Positions 36,993-45,471 of a DNA stretch of 64,000 nt are shown here, in pieces. The stretch covers positions 44,949 through 108,948 of the forward strand of contig JAPLLX010000006.1 of the NCBI GenBank assembly GCA_026387335.1. The letters run 5' to 3'. The notes beneath the pieces were generated by a model, which was not told the origin of the DNA, ran no database searches, and was given only the letters and a program-made list of their open reading frames with translations. The stretch's first letter is position 1. Each line of letters begins with the position of its first letter. The translations under genes and the position numbers were made by a program. The stretch comes from Candidatus Omnitrophota bacterium. GTDB taxonomy: Bacteria > Omnitrophota > Gorgyraeia > Gygaellales > Profunditerraquicolaceae.

Positions 36993-38031
36993 TGAGCACC
37001 TCGCATCCTTTCTTAGTCACCAAAACCATATCTTCTATTCTGATCCCAAACCTACCCGGCAGATATATAGCCGGCTCCACCGTAAAAACCATACCCGGGA
37101 TCAAAATACCGTCATTTTTCGCCGATACACTCGGCGCTTCATGCGTCTCCAGGCCTATTCCGTGGCCTAAACTATGCCCGAAGTATTTCGCGTAACCTTT
37201 GTCCGCGATATACTTACGCGCCACCCCATCAATCCGGGCGATCTCTGCGCCAGGTTTAATCCTACTTATCGCCCTGCCTTGCGCTTTAAGGACTATATTG
37301 TAAATCCGACGGGTAAGACTGTTTATTTTATCTAAAAAGTAAACCCTTGTCAAGTCAGATTTGTACCCACAATAGTCGACCCCGATATCAACTAATACCG
37401 GCTCGTTCTTTTGCGCCTTTCTTTGGCCCGGCCGATGATGGGGAAAGGCCGAATTAGGCCCTGAAGCGACAATAATATCAAATGCCGCCCCGATTGCCCC
37501 GTGATAACGGATAAATCGTTCTAATTCCGCGGCAATTTCCAGTTCTTTTAAACCCGGCCTAAGAAAACCCTTTATGAATTCCAGGGCCAAACCTGTAATC
37601 CTAAGCGCTTCCCTTATTTTATCTAGTTCCTTGGGCTCTTTAATCAGCCTTAAGGTTTCAATTAAATTATGGGTGGGGATCAGATACGCCCTGGACTTAA
37701 AACTCTCTTTAATCTTCTTATACTCGGCATAGGGCATATGCCTTTCTTCAAAACCAATCCTCTTTAAATCTAAGTCCAGGGAGGTTTTGGCAATAAGCTC
37801 AAATACTGAAGCCTCGATCCTCTTTAGGCTTACGGATTTAAGTTTTGGCTTTACCTCTTCAGTATATCTGGAATCGGTAAAGTAAATCCTTTCTTTTTTT
37901 GCTACTAAGAGATACGCCTCAGAAGAGTTAAATCCGGTAAGGTAAGCTATGTTCGCGGGAGTGGAAACAATTAAGCCGTCCAGATTTTCTTTTACCAGCC
38001 TGTTTAATAAATTTCGTAGGCGCGCTTTCAT
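36973..38031 (-). CDS. pepP: Xaa-Pro aminopeptidase (M24B)
   Basis: HGLGHGIGLETHE and the pita-bread fold are present. Confidence 0.85.
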   Translation of the reverse strand: MKARLRNLLNRLVKENLDGLIVSTPANIAYLTGFNSSEAYLLVAKKERIYFTDSRYTEEVKPKLKSVSLKRIEASVFELIAKTSLDLDLKRIGFEERHMPYAEYKKIKESFKSRAYLIPTHNLIETLRLIKEPKELDKIREALRITGLALEFIKGFLRPGLKELEIAAELERFIRYHGAIGAAFDIIVASGPNSAFPHHRPGQRKAQKNEPVLVDIGVDYCGYKSDLTRVYFLDKINSLTRRIYNIVLKAQGRAISRIKPGAEIARIDGVARKYIADKGYAKYFGHSLGHGIGLETHEAPSVSAKNDGILIPGMVFTVEPAIYLPGRFGIRIEDMVLVTKKGCEVLSGFIHK

Positions 38032-38474
38032 TATGCATTCAGTAAATCCAAAAGGGCCTCAAGCCCTAAGGTATAGCTTTTATAGCCAAAACCCATAATT
38101 GTGCCTTGGACTACGGGGCTGATGAGGGATTTATGCCGGAATTCTTCACGGGAATAAATATTAGAGATATGCACTTCTATTGTCAATACGCCCGAGGCGG
38201 CTAACGCGTCCCTTATGGCTACACTAGTATGGGTGTAGGCCGCCGGATTAATTAAAATCGCGTTAAATTTGAGCCTGGCTTGGCCAATCAAATCCACAAT
38301 CTCTCCCTCATGGTTAGATTGCTTAATCATCAGGGATACTTTATTCTTTTTAGCGATTTTCTTTAGTTCCTTATTAATGGCCTCCAAAGTCACTTTGCCG
38401 TAGACCTTAGGCTCTCTTTGGCCTAACAGATTCAGGTTCGGGCCGTGAATGACTAAAATTTTTTTCATTCTCAT
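38031..38474 (-). CDS. aroQ: 3-dehydroquinate dehydratase type II
   Basis: ...[16 protein letters not shown]... and ...[12 protein letters not shown]... are the type II DHQase motifs. Confidence 0.9.
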   Translation of the reverse strand: MRMKKILVIHGPNLNLLGQREPKVYGKVTLEAINKELKKIAKKNKVSLMIKQSNHEGEIVDLIGQARLKFNAILINPAAYTHTSVAIRDALAASGVLTIEVHISNIYSREEFRHKSLISPVVQGTIMGFGYKSYTLGLEALLDLLNA

Positions 38475-38623
38475 TCCGCCTCATCAATAAGCATTACCGG
38501 GATACCGTCTTTTACCGGATATTTCTTCCCGCATTTTTTACAGACAATCCTGCTCTTCTTGAATTCCACGTCGCCTTTACAGGCGGGGCAAGCTAAGATA
38601 TCCAACAGTTCCTTATCCATCAT
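38471..38623 (-). CDS. Unannotated Trm112/YcaR (UPF0434) family zinc-ribbon mini-protein
   Basis: Translating the reverse complement gives [50 protein letters not shown]. Its TGA stop overlaps the aroQ ATG (ATGA). Confidence 0.6.
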   Translation of the reverse strand: MMDKELLDILACPACKGDVEFKKSRIVCKKCGKKYPVKDGIPVMLIDEAE

Positions 38624-38919
38624 TTAATTTCTCCTTGGCCAGGGATAGTTTTATTTTTAGAAAGATAGAACGTCCTTAATTCATAGAGGAAATTTTCCAG
38701 CAGGCTGGCTTCCGCGTCGGTTAAATTCCCTTTAGTCTTTTCCTGAAGCATACCCAGCGTATCAATAATTAATTTTGCCTGCGGCAAATCTTCCTCGGTC
38801 TTTTGGGTAACCGGATTGGGAATCTGGCCCAGAAATATCGTGGCCTGCAGGCAGAGTGTAGAAATAAAAAACTTAAAATCAGGAATAGGAGGAGTAAATT
38901 CTTTTTTATTTTCGTCCAT
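38620..38919 (-). CDS. DUF1844-like small protein
   Basis: FKFFISTLCLQATIFLG...AKLIIDTLGMLQEKTKGNL fits the DUF1844 pattern. Confidence 0.45.
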   Translation of the reverse strand: MDENKKEFTPPIPDFKFFISTLCLQATIFLGQIPNPVTQKTEEDLPQAKLIIDTLGMLQEKTKGNLTDAEASLLENFLYELRTFYLSKNKTIPGQGEIK

Positions 38920-38920
38920 A

Positions 38921-39811
38921 TTATTCTAGGATTATACCGGCATATCCTACCACCGAGCTTCTATCTCCTGTCGCCTCCGAGCTTGTCTGGTAATTAGCCA
39001 AGCGGGCGGTTTTAGCGCCTAAGGCCCGGGCCGCGCTGAGCATGACTATAACCGGCGCGTAACCACACATGGAAATATTATATTGTCCTATTACTTCCAA
39101 CAATTTATCCGGGTCAAGCTCTAGTATAGCATCTATCGCGATTTTATCTTTTGTCTCTGCCTTTTCCTGCGGCTCATAATGCGTCATATCTGAACTGGCT
39201 AAAAGCAGGACTTTATCCTCTAGGCTGTTCTTTTTTATGACCCGGGAGATGTCTTCCCCTATTTTCTTAAGAACAGTTAAATCATCCGACATAAACGCTA
39301 TCGGCACGATCTCAAAGCTTTTCTTGAAATACTGCAATAGCGGCAGCTGAACTTCTAAAGAATGCTCTTGAGCGTGGGCTAGAAAATCGTTTTTTAGGTA
39401 CCCGCAAGACCCTAAGATATTTTTGGCTAATTGAGCGTCAATATTTACTTGGCCCAACGGCGTAACCCAAGAACCCTCAGCCATTATGCTGTAGGCTTCG
39501 CCAAAACCGGTATGATTCGGGCCTAAGAGGATTACCTTATCTCTTATATTTATTCCAGCCAGTGTCTGAGCGGCAACCTTGCCTGAATATTTATATCCTG
39601 CGTGAGGAAGCATGCAGGCGATAGCGTTAACCTTAGAACTCTTGGAATCCAGGAAACCGTTGATGACTTTTTTTATATCCGCGGCTGACGCGGGATAAAA
39701 CTGCCCCGCCACTATAGCCTGGCGCGTTTTAGATAAGCCCATCAAATATTCTTTCCAGAAGCTCTTTGCTATTTTTAATATCTTTGGCTGTAGCCGGTTG
39801 ATGCGCTTCAA
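38921..39811 (-). CDS. MEMO1-family protein (AmmeMemoRadiSam system protein B-like)
   Basis: It has VAGQFYP, CMLPHAGYKYSG and LLGPNHTG motifs. Confidence 0.75.
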   Translation of the reverse strand: MKRINRLQPKILKIAKSFWKEYLMGLSKTRQAIVAGQFYPASAADIKKVINGFLDSKSSKVNAIACMLPHAGYKYSGKVAAQTLAGINIRDKVILLGPNHTGFGEAYSIMAEGSWVTPLGQVNIDAQLAKNILGSCGYLKNDFLAHAQEHSLEVQLPLLQYFKKSFEIVPIAFMSDDLTVLKKIGEDISRVIKKNSLEDKVLLLASSDMTHYEPQEKAETKDKIAIDAILELDPDKLLEVIGQYNISMCGYAPVIVMLSAARALGAKTARLANYQTSSEATGDRSSVVGYAGIILE

Positions 39812-40652
39812 TAACTTTTAAGGTCTCTTTTTTCAGGTAAGGCTTAAGCATGGAAAAATCCAGATCTCCGCTGGCCGGCGCCTGATGATCCCGGCAACCT
39901 ATTACATTATGTATATGCGCGCCGATCATTGCCTTACCGTATAATTCCAGATAGTCTTGTTGAGCGTAAAAACCTAAATTCTCCATCACCCGGGCGTGGC
40001 CTGTATCATGCCAATAAAAAATTCGGGAAGATTTGAATTCTCCTAAGATTACGCCTAACTCTTCTAAGTTGGGAATTTCGCGGTAATAAAACCTGTTTTC
40101 TACGCCTAGATATACGGATTTCTCCGCGGCGTATTTATTTAACTCTTCCAGGCTGCTCAGGGTATAATCAAGAAACGGGGTGGCGATACTGGCCCTATCC
40201 CTGAGGAACTCCTGTTTAACCAAGCGGTAACTTTCTGTATCTTTTAGCCCCCGGTCATAAAGATCAATGAGTTTCCTGGTCTGATCCTCCATTTCCACCC
40301 TACCGCAGTGTAAAATAACCACTTGGGCTCCCAAGAGGCTGGCTGTATCTATAGTCCTCTTGGTATATTTTAAGGCCTGGGCTCTTTCTTCCTTATCAAA
40401 AGAAGATATTGAATAACAATCAGGCAGGGCGTCTTTACGCTGGAACTCATCTGGTATGGGGCAGAAATTATGCACGCTCCTGACTTTAAGTTTGAGCTTT
40501 TCCTTTAACGCGGCTATCTCGGATACCATTAAAGGAGTAAGGTTAAAACTCAACTCTAAATCCGTAAAGCCGAGCTTGCTTATCTCAAAGAGCATATCTC
40601 TTGCTTTAGCGTAACGCAAGGCGTTCCAAGAAGTTGAAAGGGCAAGAGGCAT
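39729..40652 (-). CDS. Sugar phosphate isomerase/epimerase, xylose-isomerase-like TIM barrel
   Basis: 307 aa. Its pattern resembles the AP endonuclease 2 / Xyl_isomerase-like TIM barrel family. Confidence 0.5.
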   Translation of the reverse strand: MPLALSTSWNALRYAKARDMLFEISKLGFTDLELSFNLTPLMVSEIAALKEKLKLKVRSVHNFCPIPDEFQRKDALPDCYSISSFDKEERAQALKYTKRTIDTASLLGAQVVILHCGRVEMEDQTRKLIDLYDRGLKDTESYRLVKQEFLRDRASIATPFLDYTLSSLEELNKYAAEKSVYLGVENRFYYREIPNLEELGVILGEFKSSRIFYWHDTGHARVMENLGFYAQQDYLELYGKAMIGAHIHNVIGCRDHQAPASGDLDFSMLKPYLKKETLKVIEAHQPATAKDIKNSKELLERIFDGLI

Positions 40653-40654
40653 TG

Positions 40655-40828
40655 TTATTTTCTTCTCTCTTTGGCTTTCTTTCTCTTGCGCTCGCTGGGC
40701 TTCTCGTAATGTTTGCGATCCCGGACTTCTCTGAGGATACCTTCCTGCTCTATCTTCTTCTTAAAACGGCGCAAGGCTGACTCAAAAGACTCGTCTTTCT
40801 TAACTTCGACTTCTGACAATATAATCAT
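40655..40828 (-). CDS. rpsU: 30S ribosomal protein S21 (not in the ORF track)
   Basis: Translating the reverse complement gives [61 protein letters not shown] lies upstream of the ATG. Confidence 0.85.
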   Translation of the reverse strand: MIILSEVEVKKDESFESALRRFKKKIEQEGILREVRDRKHYEKPSERKRKKAKERRK

Positions 40829-40889
40829 CTCCTTTCATTTAGAAATATTGGGCTAAAATCTTCAATATTTGGTTTTAATATACCACTCT

Positions 40890-41300
40890 TTACAGGGAGT
40901 GTCAACAGCTTGTATATCCTATTAGCGTCTGCCTTGTCTTGTTTCTCGCAGGGCCGCACGATTTTCCCCAGCGTGGAAAATCGTGCTCGGCTACTCGGCT
41001 GCGCTCTCGCTAATTCTTGGATAGCGGGCGAACCCTGCCCGCTCCGCCTGCGTTACGCCCTGCTCCGAAACAAACCAAGTCATCCGCTAATGTAATCTAT
41101 AGATATTTTGCTTGAGGGTATTGTTAAGCGTGCAATTAGAAATTTTTCGGCAAATGTGTGCAAGGCTTTACGGCGAGTGTAGGCAATACCCTTTAGCGTG
41201 AGGAACCTTGCGCTGCCGGAGCGAGCCGTAAACCGTAGCACACGGCGAAAAATTTCGCACGCGAACAATACCCGAAGAGCGAGATATCAATAATTATGTA
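40890..41300. other. GC-rich, hairpin-dense intergenic stretch; candidate structured ncRNA. Strand and identity are unknown.
   Basis: GC is locally much higher than the flanks. Perfect hairpins are CACGATTTTCC/GGAAAATCGTG (40957-40985) and GCGGGC/GCCCGC (41024-41042). A long imperfect inverted repeat spans about 41140-41270. Confidence 0.35.
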
Positions 41301-41324
41301 GAAAAAGATAGCTAACGAATCGGG

Positions 41325-42020
41325 TTATTCGACTTCAAAAGAGATTACTACGTTGAAGGAGAGCTGGGAATAGTCCAGTTCTTTGGGGAATTTCGGGAAG
41401 GGAGAGGCGTTTTTCACGCTGGCTAAAGCAACATCTTTAAGATAAGGCGCGCCTTGAGACTTTTCCTCCACTAACCGCACATCTTTAAGATATCCGGCGC
41501 TTGAGATTATAAAAGTAATATATACCTCTCCGGTATCGTTGCGGTTATAATTTTGATAGGCTGCCCGGCGGATTTTTTCGCGCACAATCTGATAATAGCT
41601 TATATAAGAAGGATTTCCGATTTTACCCATATCCACCGCCGGCAGGGTTATCTTCTTCTTTATCGCGATTATATCCGGCTTAATTAAGGCCGGCCGCTCA
41701 AGGATGAATTCTTTACGGGCGGCCTGCATATTGGATTTAGAGATAGCCTCCCTCTCTACAAAAGGCGGAGGATTCCTCTTCTCCATGTTAAGCTTAGAAG
41801 ACAAATCTAACAACGGTTCCCTTTTTGGTGGACTGGCCTTTTTTAGGCCCTTATTTAATTCCGGCTTTTCAGTTTTCGGCTGCTTAATATAATTGATTTC
41901 AATCTTGCGGTTCTCCTGCGCAGAAGAAAAAAACAGGTAACCCGAATTTTGGGCCACTATAACAGCGTGGACCGTAAAAGAGGCCAGAAAAGCAATTTGA
42001 AAACTGCGGTTGGATAACAT
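41325..42020 (-). CDS. tonB: TonB-like energy transducer
   Basis: It has a TM helix and a Pro/Lys-rich spacer. The C-terminus ...GEVYITFIISSAGYLKDVRLV... is a TonB_C fold. Confidence 0.7.
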   Translation of the reverse strand: MLSNRSFQIAFLASFTVHAVIVAQNSGYLFFSSAQENRKIEINYIKQPKTEKPELNKGLKKASPPKREPLLDLSSKLNMEKRNPPPFVEREAISKSNMQAARKEFILERPALIKPDIIAIKKKITLPAVDMGKIGNPSYISYYQIVREKIRRAAYQNYNRNDTGEVYITFIISSAGYLKDVRLVEEKSQGAPYLKDVALASVKNASPFPKFPKELDYSQLSFNVVISFEVE

Positions 42021-42070
42021 ATATTTATATTAACATAAAATTATATTTTTTTAAAGCCTTACTGCATTGC

Positions 42071-43897
42071 CTAGAATTCTGCTTTAAGGCCGCCAGTAAA
42101 AGAAAAACCCGGCATGGGATAACCATCCTGAATCTGATATTTACGATTTAGAAGATTATCTATATAGCCAAAACAAGTTATACCCGACTTAAATTTCTTG
42201 GATGCACTAAGCCCAAAAATATAAAAACTTTTTACCTTGATGTCATTACCAGCATCACCATATCTTATACCTGTAAATTGGCCTTTTAATTCAATAGTCA
42301 ACCCATTATGATCATTATATTTCAAACCAGCATCAATCTTATTCTCCGGTTGATAAAGAAGATATTTATGTGTTTGGGTATCCTTAGCGATTAAAAATGA
42401 ATAATCTAGCCCTAGTTCAAGGTTACCAGTAATAAATATTTTATTCTCGAATTCCAACCCTTGAATTACCGCGGATGCTACATTTGTCGGCCGCCATACA
42501 TTATTGCTATCTGGAGACCATTGGATAAGCTGTTTGTAATCACTATAAAAATAATTTAGCTTCGAAGTAAGGTACTGATTTATCTTTGCCTCAACGCCAA
42601 CTTCTTCACTTAGGCCTTTTTCTGGATTAAGGTTAGGATTCCCATCTGCCTCATAACCAGGATACGCCACATGAGGATAATACAAATCATTAAAAGTAGG
42701 CGCGCGGAATGAACGAGCAACTAAGGCATGAATCTTTACACTCTCATTAAATTTGTAAAGCATGCTTAAACTGGGATCTGTTGCTAAGCCGAAATTAGAA
42801 TAATCATCAATACGGCAGCTAAGATTGATATTCATTTTTTTATCAAATAAATCTAGGATATTCTCCAGGTATCCGGCGTTAACATTATATTTATGCTTTC
42901 CGCTAGTAGTACTATCGTTTAGGTTCCCTACATAATTAAATCCAAACACAACCTTATATATATCCCACAACTGCTCATCCAACTGTAAATTAAAACCTCT
43001 TACCGTAGTAGCCTCATTAATTTGAGTATAAGTGGTTGCCAGTCGGTCGTAATTCTGATAAGCCCTAGCAGATAACTCGGTTTTTACATCCGGTTTAAAA
43101 TTCCAGCTAAAATCAAAGAATCTTTTTAGTGTATTTTGTTTATCGCCAACATCAAGTGCGGTTATTGATCCCGGAAGACCTGATTTACTTTTATAAAAGC
43201 CGGAATTAAACTTTAAATTGTTTTCGTTATTGAGTTCATACCCTAATTTTAAATTACAATCTTCGGTATTAAGTTCGGAATTCGGGCGGAAACCTGCGGA
43301 ACTCTCATATCCTCCGCTAATCAGAAAATCAAATTTTGAAACATTTACTCCGTAAAGCATGCGCTCAATATAAGTTCGAGCAGTACCAAAACTTGAATAT
43401 AGTTCTGCCTTTTGACCTTTTTTAGGGGGATCCTTAGTAATAATATTCACCACCCCTCCCATTGCCGAGCTACCGTACAAGCTTGAACCGGGTCCATGCA
43501 TAACCTCAACCTGAGATATATTATCTAAAGGCATACTAGATAAATCCACTACGCCATCTCTTGGGTTATTGATTGGCCGGCCATCCATTAAAACTAAGAC
43601 TTGAGCGGAAGTAGAGCCGCGCATCCTGATGTTTTTATTGGTGCCCGGCCCGCCATAGTTGCTTATATCAACGGAAGTAAGCTCAGTTAAGGCATCGGCT
43701 AAATTTTGCGCTCCACCTCTTTCCATTTCTTTGGAGGTAACTACATCTACTGTGCGACCGATATCTCCAACGGATTCTTCTATTCTTGAAGGAGTGACTA
43801 CGATTTTATCTAACTCAACATCTTCTGCGCGGGCTGTGCCTGACAGGATTATTACCAATAACGCGGGGATGAACGATTTTCTACAAACATTTTTCAT
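42071..43897 (-). CDS. btuB: TonB-dependent outer-membrane receptor, BtuB-like, in cobalamin context
   Basis: Signal peptide MKNVCRKSFIPALLVIILSGTARA. TonB box/plug VVTPSRIEES...NIRMRGS. C-terminal ...GGLKAEF. The start was moved to 43897 (ATG with GAGGAAAGG Shine-Dalgarno site). Confidence 0.8.
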   Translation of the reverse strand: MKNVCRKSFIPALLVIILSGTARAEDVELDKIVVTPSRIEESVGDIGRTVDVVTSKEMERGGAQNLADALTELTSVDISNYGGPGTNKNIRMRGSTSAQVLVLMDGRPINNPRDGVVDLSSMPLDNISQVEVMHGPGSSLYGSSAMGGVVNIITKDPPKKGQKAELYSSFGTARTYIERMLYGVNVSKFDFLISGGYESSAGFRPNSELNTEDCNLKLGYELNNENNLKFNSGFYKSKSGLPGSITALDVGDKQNTLKRFFDFSWNFKPDVKTELSARAYQNYDRLATTYTQINEATTVRGFNLQLDEQLWDIYKVVFGFNYVGNLNDSTTSGKHKYNVNAGYLENILDLFDKKMNINLSCRIDDYSNFGLATDPSLSMLYKFNESVKIHALVARSFRAPTFNDLYYPHVAYPGYEADGNPNLNPEKGLSEEVGVEAKINQYLTSKLNYFYSDYKQLIQWSPDSNNVWRPTNVASAVIQGLEFENKIFITGNLELGLDYSFLIAKDTQTHKYLLYQPENKIDAGLKYNDHNGLTIELKGQFTGIRYGDAGNDIKVKSFYIFGLSASKKFKSGITCFGYIDNLLNRKYQIQDGYPMPGFSFTGGLKAEF

Positions 43898-43899
43898 TA

Positions 43900-44050
43900 T
43901 AAATTCCTTTCCTCTTCTCCGAAAGTACTTTCCCTGATAAATGATCGTCCGGGCTTTCACTATAAGAAATTTTAGTGTTTACCGTTGCGGGACAGCGCCT
44001 GGGCTCTCACCAGGACTTCCTCCATTTATCCGGTTTTGTATCCTTAAAGA
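43900..44050 (-). ncRNA. Cobalamin riboswitch, compact variant, in the btuB leader
   Basis: The minus strand reads GGAGGAAGUCCUGGUGAGAGCCCAGGCGCUGUCCCGCAACGGUAAAC. This matches the core GGGAA..GGUG..AA.CC...GC.G..CCCGC.AC.GU.A. The 3' B12-box region is divergent. Confidence 0.55.
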
Positions 44051-44054
44051 AGCT

Positions 44055-44729
44055 TTAAGAGTATTCTTGAATATCTAAGAACCAGTGTTTCCAGAAACTT
44101 TCTTTGATTATCGGTTCAGCCTTTAATATTTTAATCGGTTTTCTGAATATCGGCCCATCAACCACCAAAGTATGGAATTCTCCTTTCTCCCCACAGGGAC
44201 AAATTCCCTTTTTCTTTAACTCCTCAACTAATTCTTTATCAATATAGCGGCCAAGAAATTCTTTACCCATTATATCCGCCTTACAACTGACAATGATTGC
44301 CTTAAATCCTGCCTTTATAAACTCATCAACAATGCTCTCCGGGTCATTATTCCAAAGCGGCTCTATGGCGTTAATATTCAAATCGCCGCAGACCCGCTCG
44401 ATCCAGCTTTCATGTTCTAGAAGATAGATGTCACCAAAAACCATAGAGCCGATATCCTTACCCCTTAATTCAGTAACAGCAGCCTTAAATTCTTCTTCAT
44501 ATTTCTGCATATCCGGACTGACTTCTTTCTGCGTAAGAGGCACTCCGATTAAATCCGCCTGGAACTTTAACAATCTTCCTTCAATTCCATGAAAGCAACC
44601 CCGTTTTGACTCCCTTGAAATAAAGTTTAAAAGCAATTTTACATCAAAACCCTGCTTGATTGCCCTATAATAAGCCAAACAGCTGTCTTTGCCTCCACTC
44701 CACGATGATATTGCTTTTTGATTATCCAT
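44055..44729 (-). CDS. PP-loop ATPase of the Dph6/MJ0570 (COG2102) family, inside the cobalamin operon
   Basis: SWSGGKDSCLAYY is the PP-loop SGGxDS motif. Size is 224 aa. It overlaps the cobS stop by 8 nt. Confidence 0.7.
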   Translation of the reverse strand: MDNQKAISSWSGGKDSCLAYYRAIKQGFDVKLLLNFISRESKRGCFHGIEGRLLKFQADLIGVPLTQKEVSPDMQKYEEEFKAAVTELRGKDIGSMVFGDIYLLEHESWIERVCGDLNINAIEPLWNNDPESIVDEFIKAGFKAIIVSCKADIMGKEFLGRYIDKELVEELKKKGICPCGEKGEFHTLVVDGPIFRKPIKILKAEPIIKESFWKHWFLDIQEYS

Positions 44730-45471
44730 ATATCACCCCCCTTGTAATACAAACAATTAATAAAGTAATAACTTCGGTTAATTCGATTGTCGCTCCTAAC
44801 GTATCTCCGGTTATTCCACCGATTTTTCTACTGGCAAATCTGCCGAATAGATAAACAAAACCGGCTATAATTAATAACGCGATTAACCCTTTAATCTGCC
44901 AAATCGCAAATGAAAATACTAAAACCGATATTAATGCCAGTACAAAAATCCCCGGTGTCCTGCCTTGCATAAAAATCTTAGCCTTACCTTCCCTGCGGGC
45001 ATAAGGGAATAAAAATATAGCCGCTACCACTGACCAGCGGCTTAAAAGGCACATAAGAAGTAACGCGGTTATCTTTAATGGCGCCTGTAGCGCAGCAAGT
45101 AAACCGATTTTTAACAAGATAACGCTGATAACGCTTAAAACCCCCATTACCCCGATGTGCGGGTCGCGCATAATTGCCAGCATTTCATCTTTAGGTTTAT
45201 TGCTTAAGAAAGCATCCGCTGTATCGGAAAGCCCGTCCAGATGCATACCCCCGGTAAGAGCGATCAAGGCAACTACCAAGATTACGTTCGATGTAAAAGA
45301 AGGAAAATTCAGAATTGATATAATATAATTTATTCCCAAAAGAACCAACCCGATAAGCAACCCAACAAGCGGAAAATACGCTGCGGCTTTAGCTATCTTT
45401 TTCTCACCTGCATCTTTAATTTTAAGCGGTATAAGAGTCAGGAATTGAACTGCTAATAGGAAACTACTCAT
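44722..45471 (-). CDS. cobS: Adenosylcobinamide-GDP ribazoletransferase (cobalamin synthase)
   Basis: 249-aa polytopic membrane protein with ...LDGLSDTADAF..., the CobS signature. Confidence 0.85.
   Translation of the reverse strand: MSSFLLAVQFLTLIPLKIKDAGEKKIAKAAAYFPLVGLLIGLVLLGINYIISILNFPSFTSNVILVVALIALTGGMHLDGLSDTADAFLSNKPKDEMLAIMRDPHIGVMGVLSVISVILLKIGLLAALQAPLKITALLLMCLLSRWSVVAAIFLFPYARREGKAKIFMQGRTPGIFVLALISVLVFSFAIWQIKGLIALLIIAGFVYLFGRFASRKIGGITGDTLGATIELTEVITLLIVCITRGVIYG

Noticed and set aside
40910-41268. ORFs 40910..41095 (+) and 41080..41268 (-) inside the GC-rich island
   Set aside because: They are antisense to each other and Arg/Ala/Leu-rich because of the GC bias. No start context is visible. 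The region is better explained as structured non-coding RNA/DNA.
40890-41300. Possibility that the GC-rich island is RNase P RNA, tmRNA, SRP RNA or 6S RNA
   Set aside because: I could not find the universal signature motifs on either strand: GGAAAGUCCGG for the RNase P P4 helix, the tRNA-like 3' end GGUUCGAAUCC...CCA for tmRNA, or the domain IV motif for SRP RNA. The question stays open as a finding.
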